A DNA stretch of 64,000 nucleotides from a virus (IMGVR_UViG_3300044475_000035:19189-83188), one strand, 5' to 3'; positions 28,337 to 38,329 are shown, counted from the stretch's first letter. Program-made: numbers and translations. The notes: generated by a model not told the origin, from the letters alone.

Positions 28337-28609
28337 ATGAGATTATGGTATGGAAGGTGGGTTAGTAGTTATAAAGATAAAGACGAAGTCATGTTTATTG
28401 ATTCAGATGAAACCAAGTTGTTAAGAGGACACATACAATTACCTTGCGGTCACTTCACAGAAGATTGGTACATTATTTCAAGTGGTAGTTACTATAAAGA
28501 CAATGTTAAATTAGTATGTCCGTCAAATAGTTGGTATGAAGATCACACATCTAACATTTTTATTGCGTTTAAAGAACATAAGGAAGGGACATGGAAACTA
28601 AAGAAATAG
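28337..28609 (+). CDS. Hypothetical protein
   Basis: AGGAGA RBS. Confidence 0.6.
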   Translation: MRLWYGRWVSSYKDKDEVMFIDSDETKLLRGHIQLPCGHFTEDWYIISSGSYYKDNVKLVCPSNSWYEDHTSNIFIAFKEHKEGTWKLKK

Positions 28610-28830
28610 AAGCTCTAAACGATCTTAGGAAAGCATTACTACAAGTTAATGGTTCTATGTCGAGGTTAGGTAAAGATAAGAATGAAATCGTAATTATCCT
28701 ACCTAAAGATGATTGGAATTACTTTAACAACGTATTAAGTTCAGGTGTTAGTAGTTTTAGTAATTTCTATATCAGGATTAATGATAAGGAGTTTTCGTTG
28801 AGTGGTATTAAGATTCAAAAACAAAGTTAA
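28591..28830 (+). CDS. Hypothetical protein
   Basis: RBS and packing. Confidence 0.6.
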   Translation: METKEIEALNDLRKALLQVNGSMSRLGKDKNEIVIILPKDDWNYFNNVLSSGVSSFSNFYIRINDKEFSLSGIKIQKQS

Positions 28831-28841
28831 GGAGAAGTGAT

Positions 28842-29321
28842 GTGGCAACACAAGAACAGTTAGATAAATGCTACATGAATATGGCTGAAAATATTTCTAC
28901 GCTATCACGTGCGGTTAGAAAGAAAGTAGGTTGTGTTTTAGTTACACCTGAATCAGTAATTTTAAGTGCGTATAATGGCACTCCTAGCGGTTGGGATAAC
29001 ACATGCGAAAAAGATACTTACAATGTGGTATCTTTATTTGGGCACAAACCTGAAATTGTTAAGACAGGGACAGAAACATTAGAGGTTGTACTTCATGCAG
29101 AATTAAATGCAATCTTACACGCAGCTAGACAAGGTGTTTCTGTTAAAGGTGCTACACTATATACCACACTCAGTTGTTGTACTTCTTGTAGTGCTATGGT
29201 AGCTCAAGCAGGAATTAAGCGATTAGTGTTCAAAGAGCAATATCGAGATACAACAGGTATTCAACTCTTAAAAGAACATGGTATTATTGTTGAGCAATTA
29301 ACTGTTGACAACCAAAACTAA
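28842..29321 (+). CDS. dCMP deaminase
   Basis: KVGCVLV, YNGTPSG, HAELNAI and T.SCCTSC zinc motifs. Confidence 0.9.
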   Translation: MATQEQLDKCYMNMAENISTLSRAVRKKVGCVLVTPESVILSAYNGTPSGWDNTCEKDTYNVVSLFGHKPEIVKTGTETLEVVLHAELNAILHAARQGVSVKGATLYTTLSCCTSCSAMVAQAGIKRLVFKEQYRDTTGIQLLKEHGIIVEQLTVDNQN

Positions 29322-29333
29322 AACGTTTATAGT
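29305..29333 (+). promoter_or_regulatory. Sigma70-like promoter
   Basis: TTGACA-17-TATAGT. Confidence 0.7.
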
Positions 29334-29378
29334 CTATATCTGTAGATATACAAACATAGTAAACAAAGGAGATATATA

Positions 29379-29714
29379 ATGATTAACTTACTTGAAGAAA
29401 CATTGCGAGTATTGAAACGTAATGGTAAAACACCACAAGATGTTTTATGGGTTGGTGATCAATTTAAAAAGACAACATGGGATGACTTTGCTTCTATTGC
29501 TAACTTTAATTATGATAATGGGTTTGGTTTCAACGAGATTGAATCAAGCTTACTTATAGTTGGAAAAGATTTTTGGTTAGAACGTGAAGAATATGATGGT
29601 TCTGAATGCTGGGTGTATAAAGAATACCCTACTTGTGAGTCCGACAAGTTCACAAAGATACTAGATGTAAAAGATGGATGTTTTATGGGTATTAAGTGGG
29701 GAGAAGTGGTGTGA
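29379..29714 (+). CDS. Conserved phage hypothetical protein
   Basis: NLLEET...YDNGFG...WLEREEYDGSE.W motif. Confidence 0.75.
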   Translation: MINLLEETLRVLKRNGKTPQDVLWVGDQFKKTTWDDFASIANFNYDNGFGFNEIESSLLIVGKDFWLEREEYDGSECWVYKEYPTCESDKFTKILDVKDGCFMGIKWGEVV

Positions 29715-29881
29715 TTATAAAAATAGGTACATCCAGTGACGGTGAATTTGCAATCCATTTTGATTCAAACGAAAACCTTGTGTTTTTAGAGATGAATGGA
29801 GTATGTTCAGCAGATTATACAAGAGAAGAATTGAAAGGTATTTTGAAAGAAATGGTCACTTCATTGGAGGTGATACAATGA
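29711..29881 (+). CDS. Hypothetical protein
   Basis: GTGA overlap with the upstream stop. Confidence 0.55.
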   Translation: MIIKIGTSSDGEFAIHFDSNENLVFLEMNGVCSADYTREELKGILKEMVTSLEVIQ

Positions 29882-30249
29882 AACTTAAAATACTTAGCTT
29901 ATTAGCTACTTTACTTGTCTCTTGTCAATATTCTCCCGTATACGCTAACATTACAGATAATTCTTCTGTTTATTTAGGTAATAAGGGTACAGAACTTACT
30001 TTATGTAAAGATATTGCAGGTTTTGCTTATGTTTCTATGAAAGCTAGACAAGATGGTATTGCAGAAGAAGTACAGAAAGACTTAGCACCTGTCCCAACTA
30101 ATCAAGATGAATATCAACTTAGACTGTTGTTAGATAGTATTGTAAATGGTGCTTATATCTTTCCTGTTTATAAAGATAAACAAGACAAAGAAGAAATTAG
30201 TTTACGTTTTAGTGAAGTAATTTATCATAAATGTAAAGGGGAGAAGTAA
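29878..30249 (+). CDS. Putative exported protein or lipoprotein
   Basis: MKLKILSLLATLLVSC signal peptide with a lipobox-like LVSC; GGAGG RBS. Confidence 0.6.
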   Translation: MKLKILSLLATLLVSCQYSPVYANITDNSSVYLGNKGTELTLCKDIAGFAYVSMKARQDGIAEEVQKDLAPVPTNQDEYQLRLLLDSIVNGAYIFPVYKDKQDKEEISLRFSEVIYHKCKGEK

Positions 30250-30357
30250 ATGCTAGATTTATTTGTATTAGTGTTTCTAACTATGTTTATCGCTTTACTT
30301 ATTGTTCTTGTTTGTTTAAACCTTAATGTAATGTTTAATAAGGGTAAGGAAAGGTAG
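30250..30357 (+). CDS. 35-aa single-TM peptide, not in the ORF track
   Basis: MLDLFVLVFLTMFIALLIVLVCL...; exactly fills the gap. Confidence 0.5.
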   Translation: MLDLFVLVFLTMFIALLIVLVCLNLNVMFNKGKER

Positions 30358-30615
30358 ATGAAAGTATATATTCTTTACACAACAGACGTATGTGGGTTTG
30401 ATTCAGTAGAAGGGGTATTTGCATCTTACTCTGCTATGACAACATGGTTAAAGGAGAAGTACAACTATTCCTCTGATCTTTGTAAGCAAGACGATACAGA
30501 AGGTTGTTTTAGTGCTTTGTTGTATGTGAAAGGGGATGTTTATGATGTTGGGTATTATGTATTTGATGTTATAGGTGAACATAGTCATAAGACAAACACT
30601 ATTGAGTTTAAATAA
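30358..30615 (+). CDS. Hypothetical protein
   Basis: MKVYIL...VEGVF.S motif common in small phage ORFs. Confidence 0.65.
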   Translation: MKVYILYTTDVCGFDSVEGVFASYSAMTTWLKEKYNYSSDLCKQDDTEGCFSALLYVKGDVYDVGYYVFDVIGEHSHKTNTIEFK

Positions 30616-30624
30616 GGAGATGTA

Positions 30625-30810
30625 ATGAAATACATATTTAACATTTACAACAATGATCTTAACGGCATTATTGAAGTAGAAGCTCCTAACGATCAGAAAG
30701 CAATTGAGATAGTAAATAATTTAGGTTTGAAGTTTAATAGTATGCAACCTAGTATTTGTGTTTATAAGATTCAATATACTAGTGTAAATACAAAGAAGTG
30801 GAATCTTTAA
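30625..30810 (+). CDS. Hypothetical protein
   Basis: AAGGAGA RBS. Confidence 0.6.
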   Translation: MKYIFNIYNNDLNGIIEVEAPNDQKAIEIVNNLGLKFNSMQPSICVYKIQYTSVNTKKWNL

Positions 30811-30820
30811 GGAGAGTAGA

Positions 30821-31318
30821 ATGAATTATAAAGATGTTGTTGTAGAAGAAAACTGGGGTAACAGTTACATGGTAAAGGTAAAAGGTGTAGAAGAACCTTT
30901 ACTGTTGTGTGTAGGCGCAGATACACCTGATGGTACTATTTGTTTACACGAAGTTGGGTGGGATGGTAAAGAGTATTTTGAAAAAGATATTGTAGAAATA
31001 TTATCAGAGTGCGAGTATGAGGAAGAAGATGACTATGAAGACGAGGATAACATTGACTGGAAGATGCTTGAGAACTACATGGTGCAGCCTAATGTCTTTG
31101 AGTACGGGTCAAAAGAAGATTTGAATCAAATTGTGAGTTGGCTAGACCAGCCCAACATCAGTCACGACAGTTTCTATAACGGGACTTATGAACAGTATGT
31201 AGAAAACTTAGATAAAGAATACGGTATAGTGTTTTATTGGTGTGAATATGATGACTATAGTCTTGGGGATGGGTTAAGACACTTCATCAAAATTATATCA
31301 GGTGCTAAAATCGTATAA
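30821..31318 (+). CDS. Highly acidic hypothetical protein
   Basis: AAGGAG RBS; EYEEEDDYEDED tract. Confidence 0.7.
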   Translation: MNYKDVVVEENWGNSYMVKVKGVEEPLLLCVGADTPDGTICLHEVGWDGKEYFEKDIVEILSECEYEEEDDYEDEDNIDWKMLENYMVQPNVFEYGSKEDLNQIVSWLDQPNISHDSFYNGTYEQYVENLDKEYGIVFYWCEYDDYSLGDGLRHFIKIISGAKIV

Positions 31319-31324
31319 CTTTTA

Positions 31325-31352
31325 AAGGATGACAGAAATGTTGTCCTTTTTC
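31325..31352 (+). terminator. Intrinsic terminator
   Basis: AAGGATGACA-GAAA-TGTTGTCCTT followed by T-run. Confidence 0.7.
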
Positions 31353-31363
31353 TTTATAAGGTA

Positions 31364-31392
31364 TTGACAGAAAAGAATAGAACAACTAGAAT
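31364..31392 (+). promoter_or_regulatory. Sigma70-like promoter
   Basis: TTGACA-17-TAGAAT. Confidence 0.7.
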
Positions 31393-31417
31393 CTATTAAT
31401 CAACAAAGGAGTTTAAT

Positions 31418-31675
31418 ATGATTACAGCAACACAGGCTTTAAACATAAGTGTAAATATGCAAACAGTAGAAAGAATGCTTTTCATAGCAGACAAGGGGGT
31501 TAAAGAAGCAGCTTCTAAGGGTCACACGCACTGTATATTGAAGTATTCTAAAACCTTGTACAGCAATTCTGAAAGGTTACTTGTAAAACAGAAGTTAAAT
31601 AAATGCGGTTATTACATCCGCACAGAGTTATTCTTAGAGGATAAAGATGAAACTCTTGTTTTGGTGTGGTTATAA
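31418..31675 (+). CDS. Hypothetical protein
   Basis: MITA.QA...AA.KG...L...GY...V.W small phage family pattern. Confidence 0.7.
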   Translation: MITATQALNISVNMQTVERMLFIADKGVKEAASKGHTHCILKYSKTLYSNSERLLVKQKLNKCGYYIRTELFLEDKDETLVLVWL

Positions 31676-31687
31676 GGAGATACAAAC

Positions 31688-32002
31688 ATGAGTAACGAAC
31701 AGAAACGACAAGAGCTTCTAGCACAAGGTTATGTTAAGGTAGGGTCTAAGACATATCTTGAGTACTGGAAGAAAGGAGAAGAAGTAATTACACTAAATAT
31801 AGACGAGGAAGTTAATATGAAACAAGGTTTGATTGAGTTTGATGGTCATACAATTACCTACCCAAACGGTAATAAGATATACATTAACTGCGATGATTAT
31901 AGTTATACATTTGATGTGGCTGATTCAACGGGTAATGAGTTAGGTAGCGACATGTGGGTACTTGAACAGGCACATAAAGTAGCTTTAGGAGATTTACAAT
32001 GA
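31688..32002 (+). CDS. Hypothetical protein
   Basis: AAGGAGA RBS; possible internal start at MKQGL. Confidence 0.6.
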   Translation: MSNEQKRQELLAQGYVKVGSKTYLEYWKKGEEVITLNIDEEVNMKQGLIEFDGHTITYPNGNKIYINCDDYSYTFDVADSTGNELGSDMWVLEQAHKVALGDLQ

Positions 32003-32190
32003 ATAAAGACAGTAAACCTCTAGTTGAGCTGCGTCTATGTGGAAGTCATAAGGATGAAAAAGGTGAACGTTGTTACGTTAACTGCACTTTAGAGTATGGT
32101 AAGACAGATGGTTGTGACAACGAAGAAATAGTAAAAATGCTACAAAAAGTTGCTACAGAGATATTAATTAAAGCGAAGGGTTTAGAATGA
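31999..32190 (+). CDS. Hypothetical protein
   Basis: ATGA overlaps on both sides. Confidence 0.6.
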   Translation: MNKDSKPLVELRLCGSHKDEKGERCYVNCTLEYGKTDGCDNEEIVKMLQKVATEILIKAKGLE

Positions 32191-32462
32191 GTTGGAATTA
32201 CCGTGTTGTTGAGAAAGAATACTTACTACCACGAGAACTACGTGTGTATGAAAATGAAACACAAACATACTATCAAATTCATGAAGTGTATTATGATGCT
32301 AATGGAAATATTACAATGTACTCTAAAGAAGCAATTACACCTTTTGGAGAGGATTCTGTAGATAGTTTGCAATTAGATTTACATAAGATGCAAGAAGCTT
32401 TTAACAAACCTATCTTGTTAGAAAAAGATTTAATCAATTTATTTAAAAAGGAAACAAAATGA
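32187..32462 (+). CDS. Conserved phage hypothetical protein
   Basis: MSWNYRVV...IHEVYYD..G...A..KPIL motif. Confidence 0.75.
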   Translation: MSWNYRVVEKEYLLPRELRVYENETQTYYQIHEVYYDANGNITMYSKEAITPFGEDSVDSLQLDLHKMQEAFNKPILLEKDLINLFKKETK

Positions 32463-32812
32463 AAAATGTAATTAAGTTAAAAACTAAACGTGAATTTGAC
32501 ATTGCTGAACAAGCTTATGCTCATGGAATGAGTCAAGGTATGGCAAACATCATGCACCAATTCACAAATGGTCTGCTAGACAAAGAGTTTGTTAAGGAGA
32601 TGCTAGAAGAATCTGAAATTGAAATGACACAAGAAGTTCATATTGGAGATGGTGTGTTACAGAAGAATAATTTGAATGATCATGGTTGTGTTATCGGGGT
32701 TAAAGATGGTAAGTTCTTAGTTAGTTGGCACTCAGGCACTATTAATGAATGCGAGACTTCTGTAGAACCTAGTGATTTAATTCTAGCTAACGACCCTACT
32801 AGGGAGTGGTGA
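32459..32812 (+). CDS. Hypothetical protein
   Basis: ATGA overlap; last gene of the plus block. Confidence 0.65.
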   Translation: MKNVIKLKTKREFDIAEQAYAHGMSQGMANIMHQFTNGLLDKEFVKEMLEESEIEMTQEVHIGDGVLQKNNLNDHGCVIGVKDGKFLVSWHSGTINECETSVEPSDLILANDPTREW

Positions 32813-32820
32813 TATAAATA

Positions 32821-32847
32821 AGGGAGCTATTAAGCTCCCTTTCTTTT
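32821..32847. terminator. Bidirectional terminator at the convergent junction
   Basis: AGGGAGCT-ATTA-AGCTCCCT flanked by A-rich and T-rich tracts. Confidence 0.8.
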
Positions 32848-34123
32848 ACTCTTGATTTAACCAATCAACAAACAACGTGTGCATACGCTTACTAGCAATA
32901 GCTAATACGATTGGTTCTCCTTTCCTAATACGACTTCTCCAAACCCATTGTAACAGTTCACTTAAAGCAAACACATTGCGATCAATCTTACAACCATAAT
33001 CAGTCAGATAAGAGTCTACAGCAAGGTTAGGAAAACGATTATAACAATGCACTAAACACCATTTAAAAGCATAATTATTTGTAGCTCTTGTACTAGAAGC
33101 TAACCAACAAGGGAAACTATCAAACACTTGCTTACCTTGTTTATCGACTACTTCACAGCCATCTGCATCTAGCTTAGGTAGCTTGTATTCTCTAAATCCT
33201 ATTGGAGAAATCTTCTTACCCCCTTTACGAGTAGTTGTATGTAAAGACTTAGGAAATGTATACATCACATCTATACTCTTAGCATCATACTTCCTACACA
33301 CACCACGAATATAGTTAGAGATAGTTGTGCAATCCTTTACTGTAATCTTATTCTTATAATCTCCATAAGACATACCAAGAAGATTAACAGCACGGTTGAT
33401 AGGTTGTAGATCAATTAAATCTTTAATCTGTTGCTTACATACAGCATTTGTTTTAACCTCTGTAAATGGTATGGTATCAATCTTCTTTAGTTGCAAGAAA
33501 GCATCTAGAACATTACCATCAAACATGTAAGTCATAATGATAACCCTCTTAGCACGAGTAAATAATTCAATAGGTAATTGAGTTACCATCATTGTATCTT
33601 TTCGTTTGGTTGAATATACAGCCTTAGCTTTGCATAAGTTATAAAAATATCTATACTTAGCTTTAGCACCAACATCTTTACCACACCAAGAAATCATACC
33701 ATCTTCATCTGCTATACAAATATCTTCGTTATCTAGTAAGTATTTAAGATCATCTGTTGTGTACTTAGTGAAGTCATCAATTACACCAACTTCTTCATCA
33801 ATGATGACAATGTATTTCCATTTATCAATTAGGTCTAAATGTTCTTCTGACATATTCAAGTACAAAGAATGAGTACAGCAAATGTTAGCACCTTCTGTAA
33901 GTTTAAGAAGTAGGTCTTCTGATTTAGTATTTTCATCACAACTAGGTTGAACAAAGGTTACATGTAAAAGGTCATTCATAACTCTACTTGTATCATCTAT
34001 CTCAGAGATAAGAGGGGAGACATAGATGTATCTTTCATTAGGGTTTTCATCTATCCATTTAAGTATTCCATTGGTTTTACTACTGCCCATGATACTGTCT
34101 AAGATTTCAATTTGTGTTGCCAA
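32846..34123 (-). CDS. SF2 helicase-like ATPase (possible origin-binding protein)
   Basis: Walker A-like DSIMGSSKT, YIYVSP, TH.LY, Walker B IIDEE and motif VI-like LQWVWRSRIR. TTG start with AGGAG RBS. Confidence 0.7.
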   Translation of the reverse strand: MATQIEILDSIMGSSKTNGILKWIDENPNERYIYVSPLISEIDDTSRVMNDLLHVTFVQPSCDENTKSEDLLLKLTEGANICCTHSLYLNMSEEHLDLIDKWKYIVIIDEEVGVIDDFTKYTTDDLKYLLDNEDICIADEDGMISWCGKDVGAKAKYRYFYNLCKAKAVYSTKRKDTMMVTQLPIELFTRAKRVIIMTYMFDGNVLDAFLQLKKIDTIPFTEVKTNAVCKQQIKDLIDLQPINRAVNLLGMSYGDYKNKITVKDCTTISNYIRGVCRKYDAKSIDVMYTFPKSLHTTTRKGGKKISPIGFREYKLPKLDADGCEVVDKQGKQVFDSFPCWLASSTRATNNYAFKWCLVHCYNRFPNLAVDSYLTDYGCKIDRNVFALSELLQWVWRSRIRKGEPIVLAIASKRMHTLFVDWLNQE

Positions 34124-34269
34124 GAGATACTCCTGTGTAATTGTTTAAGAATTATGGTTAGATACCCTAACCAAAGTGACTTGTATGTAGTTGATATATA
34201 AGAAGAATAAACAGGTTTTCTTTAGACAAAGATACCTTAAAATATACTAAAACTACAGACTAATAGAGA

Positions 34270-34298
34270 AGTATAGCACTAGAGTAGAGATATGACAA
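34270..34298 (-). promoter_or_regulatory. Sigma70-like promoter for the helicase-like gene
   Basis: TTGTCA-17-TATACT with an extended TG. Confidence 0.55.
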
Positions 34299-34299
34299 G

Positions 34300-35330
34300 G
34301 TGTTAGAGGTAAGAAATATCATAATATTTGTAGTATTAAAGATATAAATAAACAATAATAAAAGATAGCACACAAATAAATAAAGCATATAATAATTACA
34401 TAGTAGAAATATAATATAACAATATAATAACCTTAATCTTGTACCTAAAATATCAACTAAGTATAAGTTAATAATCAGATATAATGTTGTATCAAAAATA
34501 TCTCTATCGTCTTAGCACTCATAACAATAAATTTACATCTAAAATATCTATACTTCTTATTGTTCTTTCATTGTTTTCTATTGTTCTTGTTCTATTGTTA
34601 AGGTATTGGTGCATATAAGTTCTTATAAAAATATCTAGTATCTCTGATGTGCTGCTTAACAGCGCAGTATCACCCTAATCCTTACCCTGCTCTTTTTCTA
34701 AAATATCTATAACAAATATACTCTAATCATACTGCTGGTGTCAATAGGTTTATATATAGTTATTTCTTATTTATCTTATACCTTATCATAAGGATTAATG
34801 ATAAATCATAAGTAATAGTTATATCTTAATTGAGTACACATATGTTCACTGATCTTATCCGGTCGTTCTATTGTTTGCTAATACTTACTCATAACTAATG
34901 ATCATAGCTGAATAGAATCTTGTTGTGTGCTTATGCTCTTATCTTTGTTAGTGCTTATCTTATGCTTGTATGTAGTAGTTACTCAAAGATACTATACTGA
35001 TCATATAGAGTAATGAATAAAGGTTAAATAGTGCCATAGGTGTGACCAGTTATAACAACTGTTATAAATAACCAGTGCTGTAACTGTTTGTATAGCTTAG
35101 GGAATAGACTAAGGGTCTAAGAGAAGGTTGTCTAACAGAACAAGACTTTAAAGAAACATAAGTAACTAATAGAGACTAACTAAGAACAATCATAAATAAT
35201 AGTATAAACTAATAATATATTATAAAGATGCGTAAGAATGCTCAAAAGATATTATTGTCTTAGTGCTATTTTTATAATCCTATGAACATAATAAAGGGAC
35301 TTATTAGTCCCTATGTGTTGGTGCTATATG
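34300..35330. other. ~1-kb AT-rich non-coding tract with AAAATATC repeats (candidate terminus, pac or origin region)
   Basis: No ORF of 60 aa or more; five AAAATATC copies between 34447 and 34708. Confidence 0.5.
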
Positions 35331-35842
35331 TATGTGTTATCTTCAATCAATGTCCTTGTCATCACTATCTATATCTTTACTATTAGCTATAGCCTTACAA
35401 GATAAGTAAGCTAAAGCTATCACTAGCATTAAAGCTACTGCAAAGACAATAGCTAGTATTAAATCAATGTTATGTTGTTGTATATTCATTTGTTATACCC
35501 TCTTAAATAGTTACTAATTTGTTTATCTTTCATAATCTTATCTTGCTTATCTGCTTTAGATAAGATTAGATAGCTTACAATGAATAAGAATAAGCATAGT
35601 AAGCTAATAATTAGATCAATATTCATAACGTTACCCTTTTAATAAATTAAACAATACGAACAATGCTATTTGTATTCTCTATTGAGTCTAGCATCCCTTT
35701 AAACAACTTACAACAAGTGATATTCAACTTATAAAGCATTGTGGTAGTGTTTACACCTTGTTTATTAAAGACTACTATTGTCTTACCTTGTTTGTAAGCT
35801 TGTTCTATCGTGCAGAGTGTTAACATTGTCTTAATCCTTAAA

Positions 35843-36052
35843 TTACTTTCTTAATTCTGTTTTATTCAATACGTTAACAAAGTCAATGATTGAATGATTG
35901 TTATATTGCTTTAAAAGCATATCATACGTTGTTTGATCAACACTGGGATAAGCTCTAAATACTCGACCTTTATCAAGCACTTTAACAGTATAGTATGCTT
36001 GCGTCAAACACCCTTTGCATCTATGTTCCCATCTTCTAATGAGTAAAGCCAT
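35843..36052 (-). CDS. Hypothetical early protein
   Basis: AAGGAG RBS. Confidence 0.6.
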   Translation of the reverse strand: MALLIRRWEHRCKGCLTQAYYTVKVLDKGRVFRAYPSVDQTTYDMLLKQYNNHSIIDFVNVLNKTELRK

Positions 36053-36055
36053 TGT

Positions 36056-36313
36056 TTACTCCTTAAAGCTAATGCAATGTTCTTGATATAACTTGCTACC
36101 TTTAAAATAAGTAGTTAAACAAGCTTTCTTACCTTTAATATGCTGATCTATCTGATCATATTCTTGTCTAGATATACGAACAAAACGATTGCATGTAGAA
36201 TTATTGATATGTGCGTAAAAGTAAATTTTTCCTTTTGAATCAGTTCTACGCAATGTAGTCCCTTTTTGCGTGTCTTTAATAAAATAAAATACATCTAAAT
36301 ATTTACTGGTCAT
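36056..36313 (-). CDS. Hypothetical early protein
   Basis: AAGGA RBS. Confidence 0.6.
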   Translation of the reverse strand: MTSKYLDVFYFIKDTQKGTTLRRTDSKGKIYFYAHINNSTCNRFVRISRQEYDQIDQHIKGKKACLTTYFKGSKLYQEHCISFKE

Positions 36314-36327
36314 GTCGTATTCCTTAA

Positions 36328-36525
36328 TCAGTACAAGCTTTTAACTGTATTTACTTGGTATTGTGAGTTGTTCCAATTTATGTATTCAATTGGATAATTA
36401 CTAAATGGTTTATACTTGATTAAACGAGTATGAGTTTTTCCACTATGTTCAATCAAAACGTATTGCTTACCGTCTTTAACTTCACCTTTTACTGCATATT
36501 GTACATGATCAATTAATTGTTTCAT
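36328..36525 (-). CDS. Hypothetical early protein
   Basis: ORF packing. Confidence 0.55.
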   Translation of the reverse strand: MKQLIDHVQYAVKGEVKDGKQYVLIEHSGKTHTRLIKYKPFSNYPIEYINWNNSQYQVNTVKSLY

Positions 36526-36688
36526 TTCAGTTACTCAACTCTTAAACATTTAAACCAAGTTTATGAGCTTTTTCCAAAGCTTCACCCAAGCATTTTACAT
36601 ATATTACATAATAATTTGATAACGTAACTTTTAACATACTGCGCTTCATCCTTAACTCTCTGCGATCGGCTTGCCTTGTTCGCTTGGT

Positions 36689-37081
36689 TTAAACCTTATC
36701 GGATATGTCAAGATACCAACCACAATTAATATTATCAATATAATGCTTAACGTTAAACATATCAGCAGACTTTACATACTCGCTATGGCTAAAGTCGATT
36801 GATTCAGGCAAGTCAAGCAAAGCCAATACCTTTTGCGCCCGTCTTTCATATTCACGATCATAACCGTAAGACTCAAAACCTTTAGCTAACTGTCGAATTG
36901 TTCCGTCACTCAGCTTGACTTCTAAATTAAAGCAATTATATGTACTACCGCTACGAAAACGTAAACGCCCTAAGACACTGGTTGCAACTACGGTTAGTTG
37001 CTCATCTTTGATTGCTTGCAATGTATTGGTGTTCACAATACATTTCACCAGTTTAGCATTCTTTACTGTTAATGTAGCCAT
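36689..37081 (-). CDS. Hypothetical early protein
   Basis: GAGGA RBS; 130 aa. Confidence 0.65.
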   Translation of the reverse strand: MATLTVKNAKLVKCIVNTNTLQAIKDEQLTVVATSVLGRLRFRSGSTYNCFNLEVKLSDGTIRQLAKGFESYGYDREYERRAQKVLALLDLPESIDFSHSEYVKSADMFNVKHYIDNINCGWYLDISDKV

Positions 37082-37178
37082 TTTAGTTCCTCACTTTGTT
37101 TAAATTGCTCATTATTGAGCTTTGATTAAAGATTCATTTATTGGATAACCTTATTTAAAAGTTATCCTAAAATAAAAC

Positions 37179-37340
37179 TTAAATCCAGTAAATTCCATAA
37201 TGTTGATTATGAACAAGTAATGTTGATTCTCGACTGGATTTAGACACATAAAACAAAGTAGTTAGGTGCATTACACCTTTACTATTAATAAAACACATTG
37301 TGTTTGTGCGAATAACTTGTTTCTTGATTGACTTAATCAT
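37179..37340 (-). CDS. Hypothetical early protein
   Basis: AAAGGAGA RBS, directly behind the promoter at 37385-37413. Confidence 0.55.
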   Translation of the reverse strand: MIKSIKKQVIRTNTMCFINSKGVMHLTTLFYVSKSSRESTLLVHNQHYGIYWI

Positions 37341-37384
37341 CTTAATCTCCTTTCTGTTTAAGATTGTTTGCTTTCGATGAAACA

Positions 37385-37413
37385 AAGATAACAATTAATT
37401 AATTTTGTGTCAA
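37385..37413 (-). promoter_or_regulatory. Probable strong early sigma70 promoter with AT-rich upstream region
   Basis: TTGACA-17-TATCTT with an extended TG. Confidence 0.65.
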
Positions 37414-37634
37414 CTCTTTTATTCATCTTTTTATCATTATTTTAATATTAATTTTAATAAAATACATAACTACTTAATTTATAAAGAATTAAAGATTAGA
37501 TAATTACATTAAATGCTAATGATTCAAGGCATTTTCTTTTTCTGTTTATGGTTTATCAAAGAATAGAGAATAGATAACACAAGGATAGGTAGCTATATAG
37601 CTTGGTGTTACTGGTGTTTTAACCTTAGTTTTAT

Positions 37635-38306
37635 TTATATAAGGAGACGCGTGCGTAAATACACTAAACCAAGGTATCTTGTAAACAACTTTCTGAATAT
37701 TTTTGTAATTGTAAGGATTCTGTTTTCACTATAACACCTTTGTAACATAGATGCCCATACTTGATAAGTTTTAAAATTTTCAGCGATAAGTTTTCTGTCT
37801 CCTCCGTTATCTCCAACCTTGTGAACTGTATTCAAGGTTTTTGGTTTTACAATTTTCTCAACACTATAATCCCTAACATTACCTGTCGGGATTTGTCCTT
37901 TCGAACAAATTTGTTCTGTTTCTGTATTAAGAAACCTTATTTTAACTTGTGTCGATGAAACCTCCCCAACTACGATAAAATCTCCGTAGTTTTTAGAGGA
38001 AAACAGTTTACCTAAGTGTTTATATGTTTTCTTTCGTTTTCCAGTAGGTGTAAATTTTGGTAAAGATGGGTCTCTTACTCCTCCATCTTTAATTGCTGTA
38101 GAACTTACAAAACACTCAACTTTTGTGTCTATGAATTGGATCTTTACATTCGAGCAATCTACATACTCTAACACCACAAAATCCCCGTAATTGGCAGATT
38201 TAAATATTCTACCAACATACTGAACTCTTGTTGAGCGTATTTTACCATTCTCTTTTAAATTAGTCATAACCTTCTCCGTATAAGTATCAAACAATTCGAC
38301 TTTCAA
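37635..38306 (-). pseudogene. C-terminally truncated HNH homing endonuclease
   Basis: Two YGDF.V...VKI.F..T...G.VRD repeats, then YQVWASMLQRCYS, after which similarity to the paralog at 22609 stops before the nuclease core. Confidence 0.6.
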
Positions 38307-38329
38307 AACCTAAATGCTACATGATTATT

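Noticed and set aside
34300-35330. CRISPR array or mini-array
   Set aside because: The repeats are only 8-15 bp with irregular spacing, and no cas genes are present.
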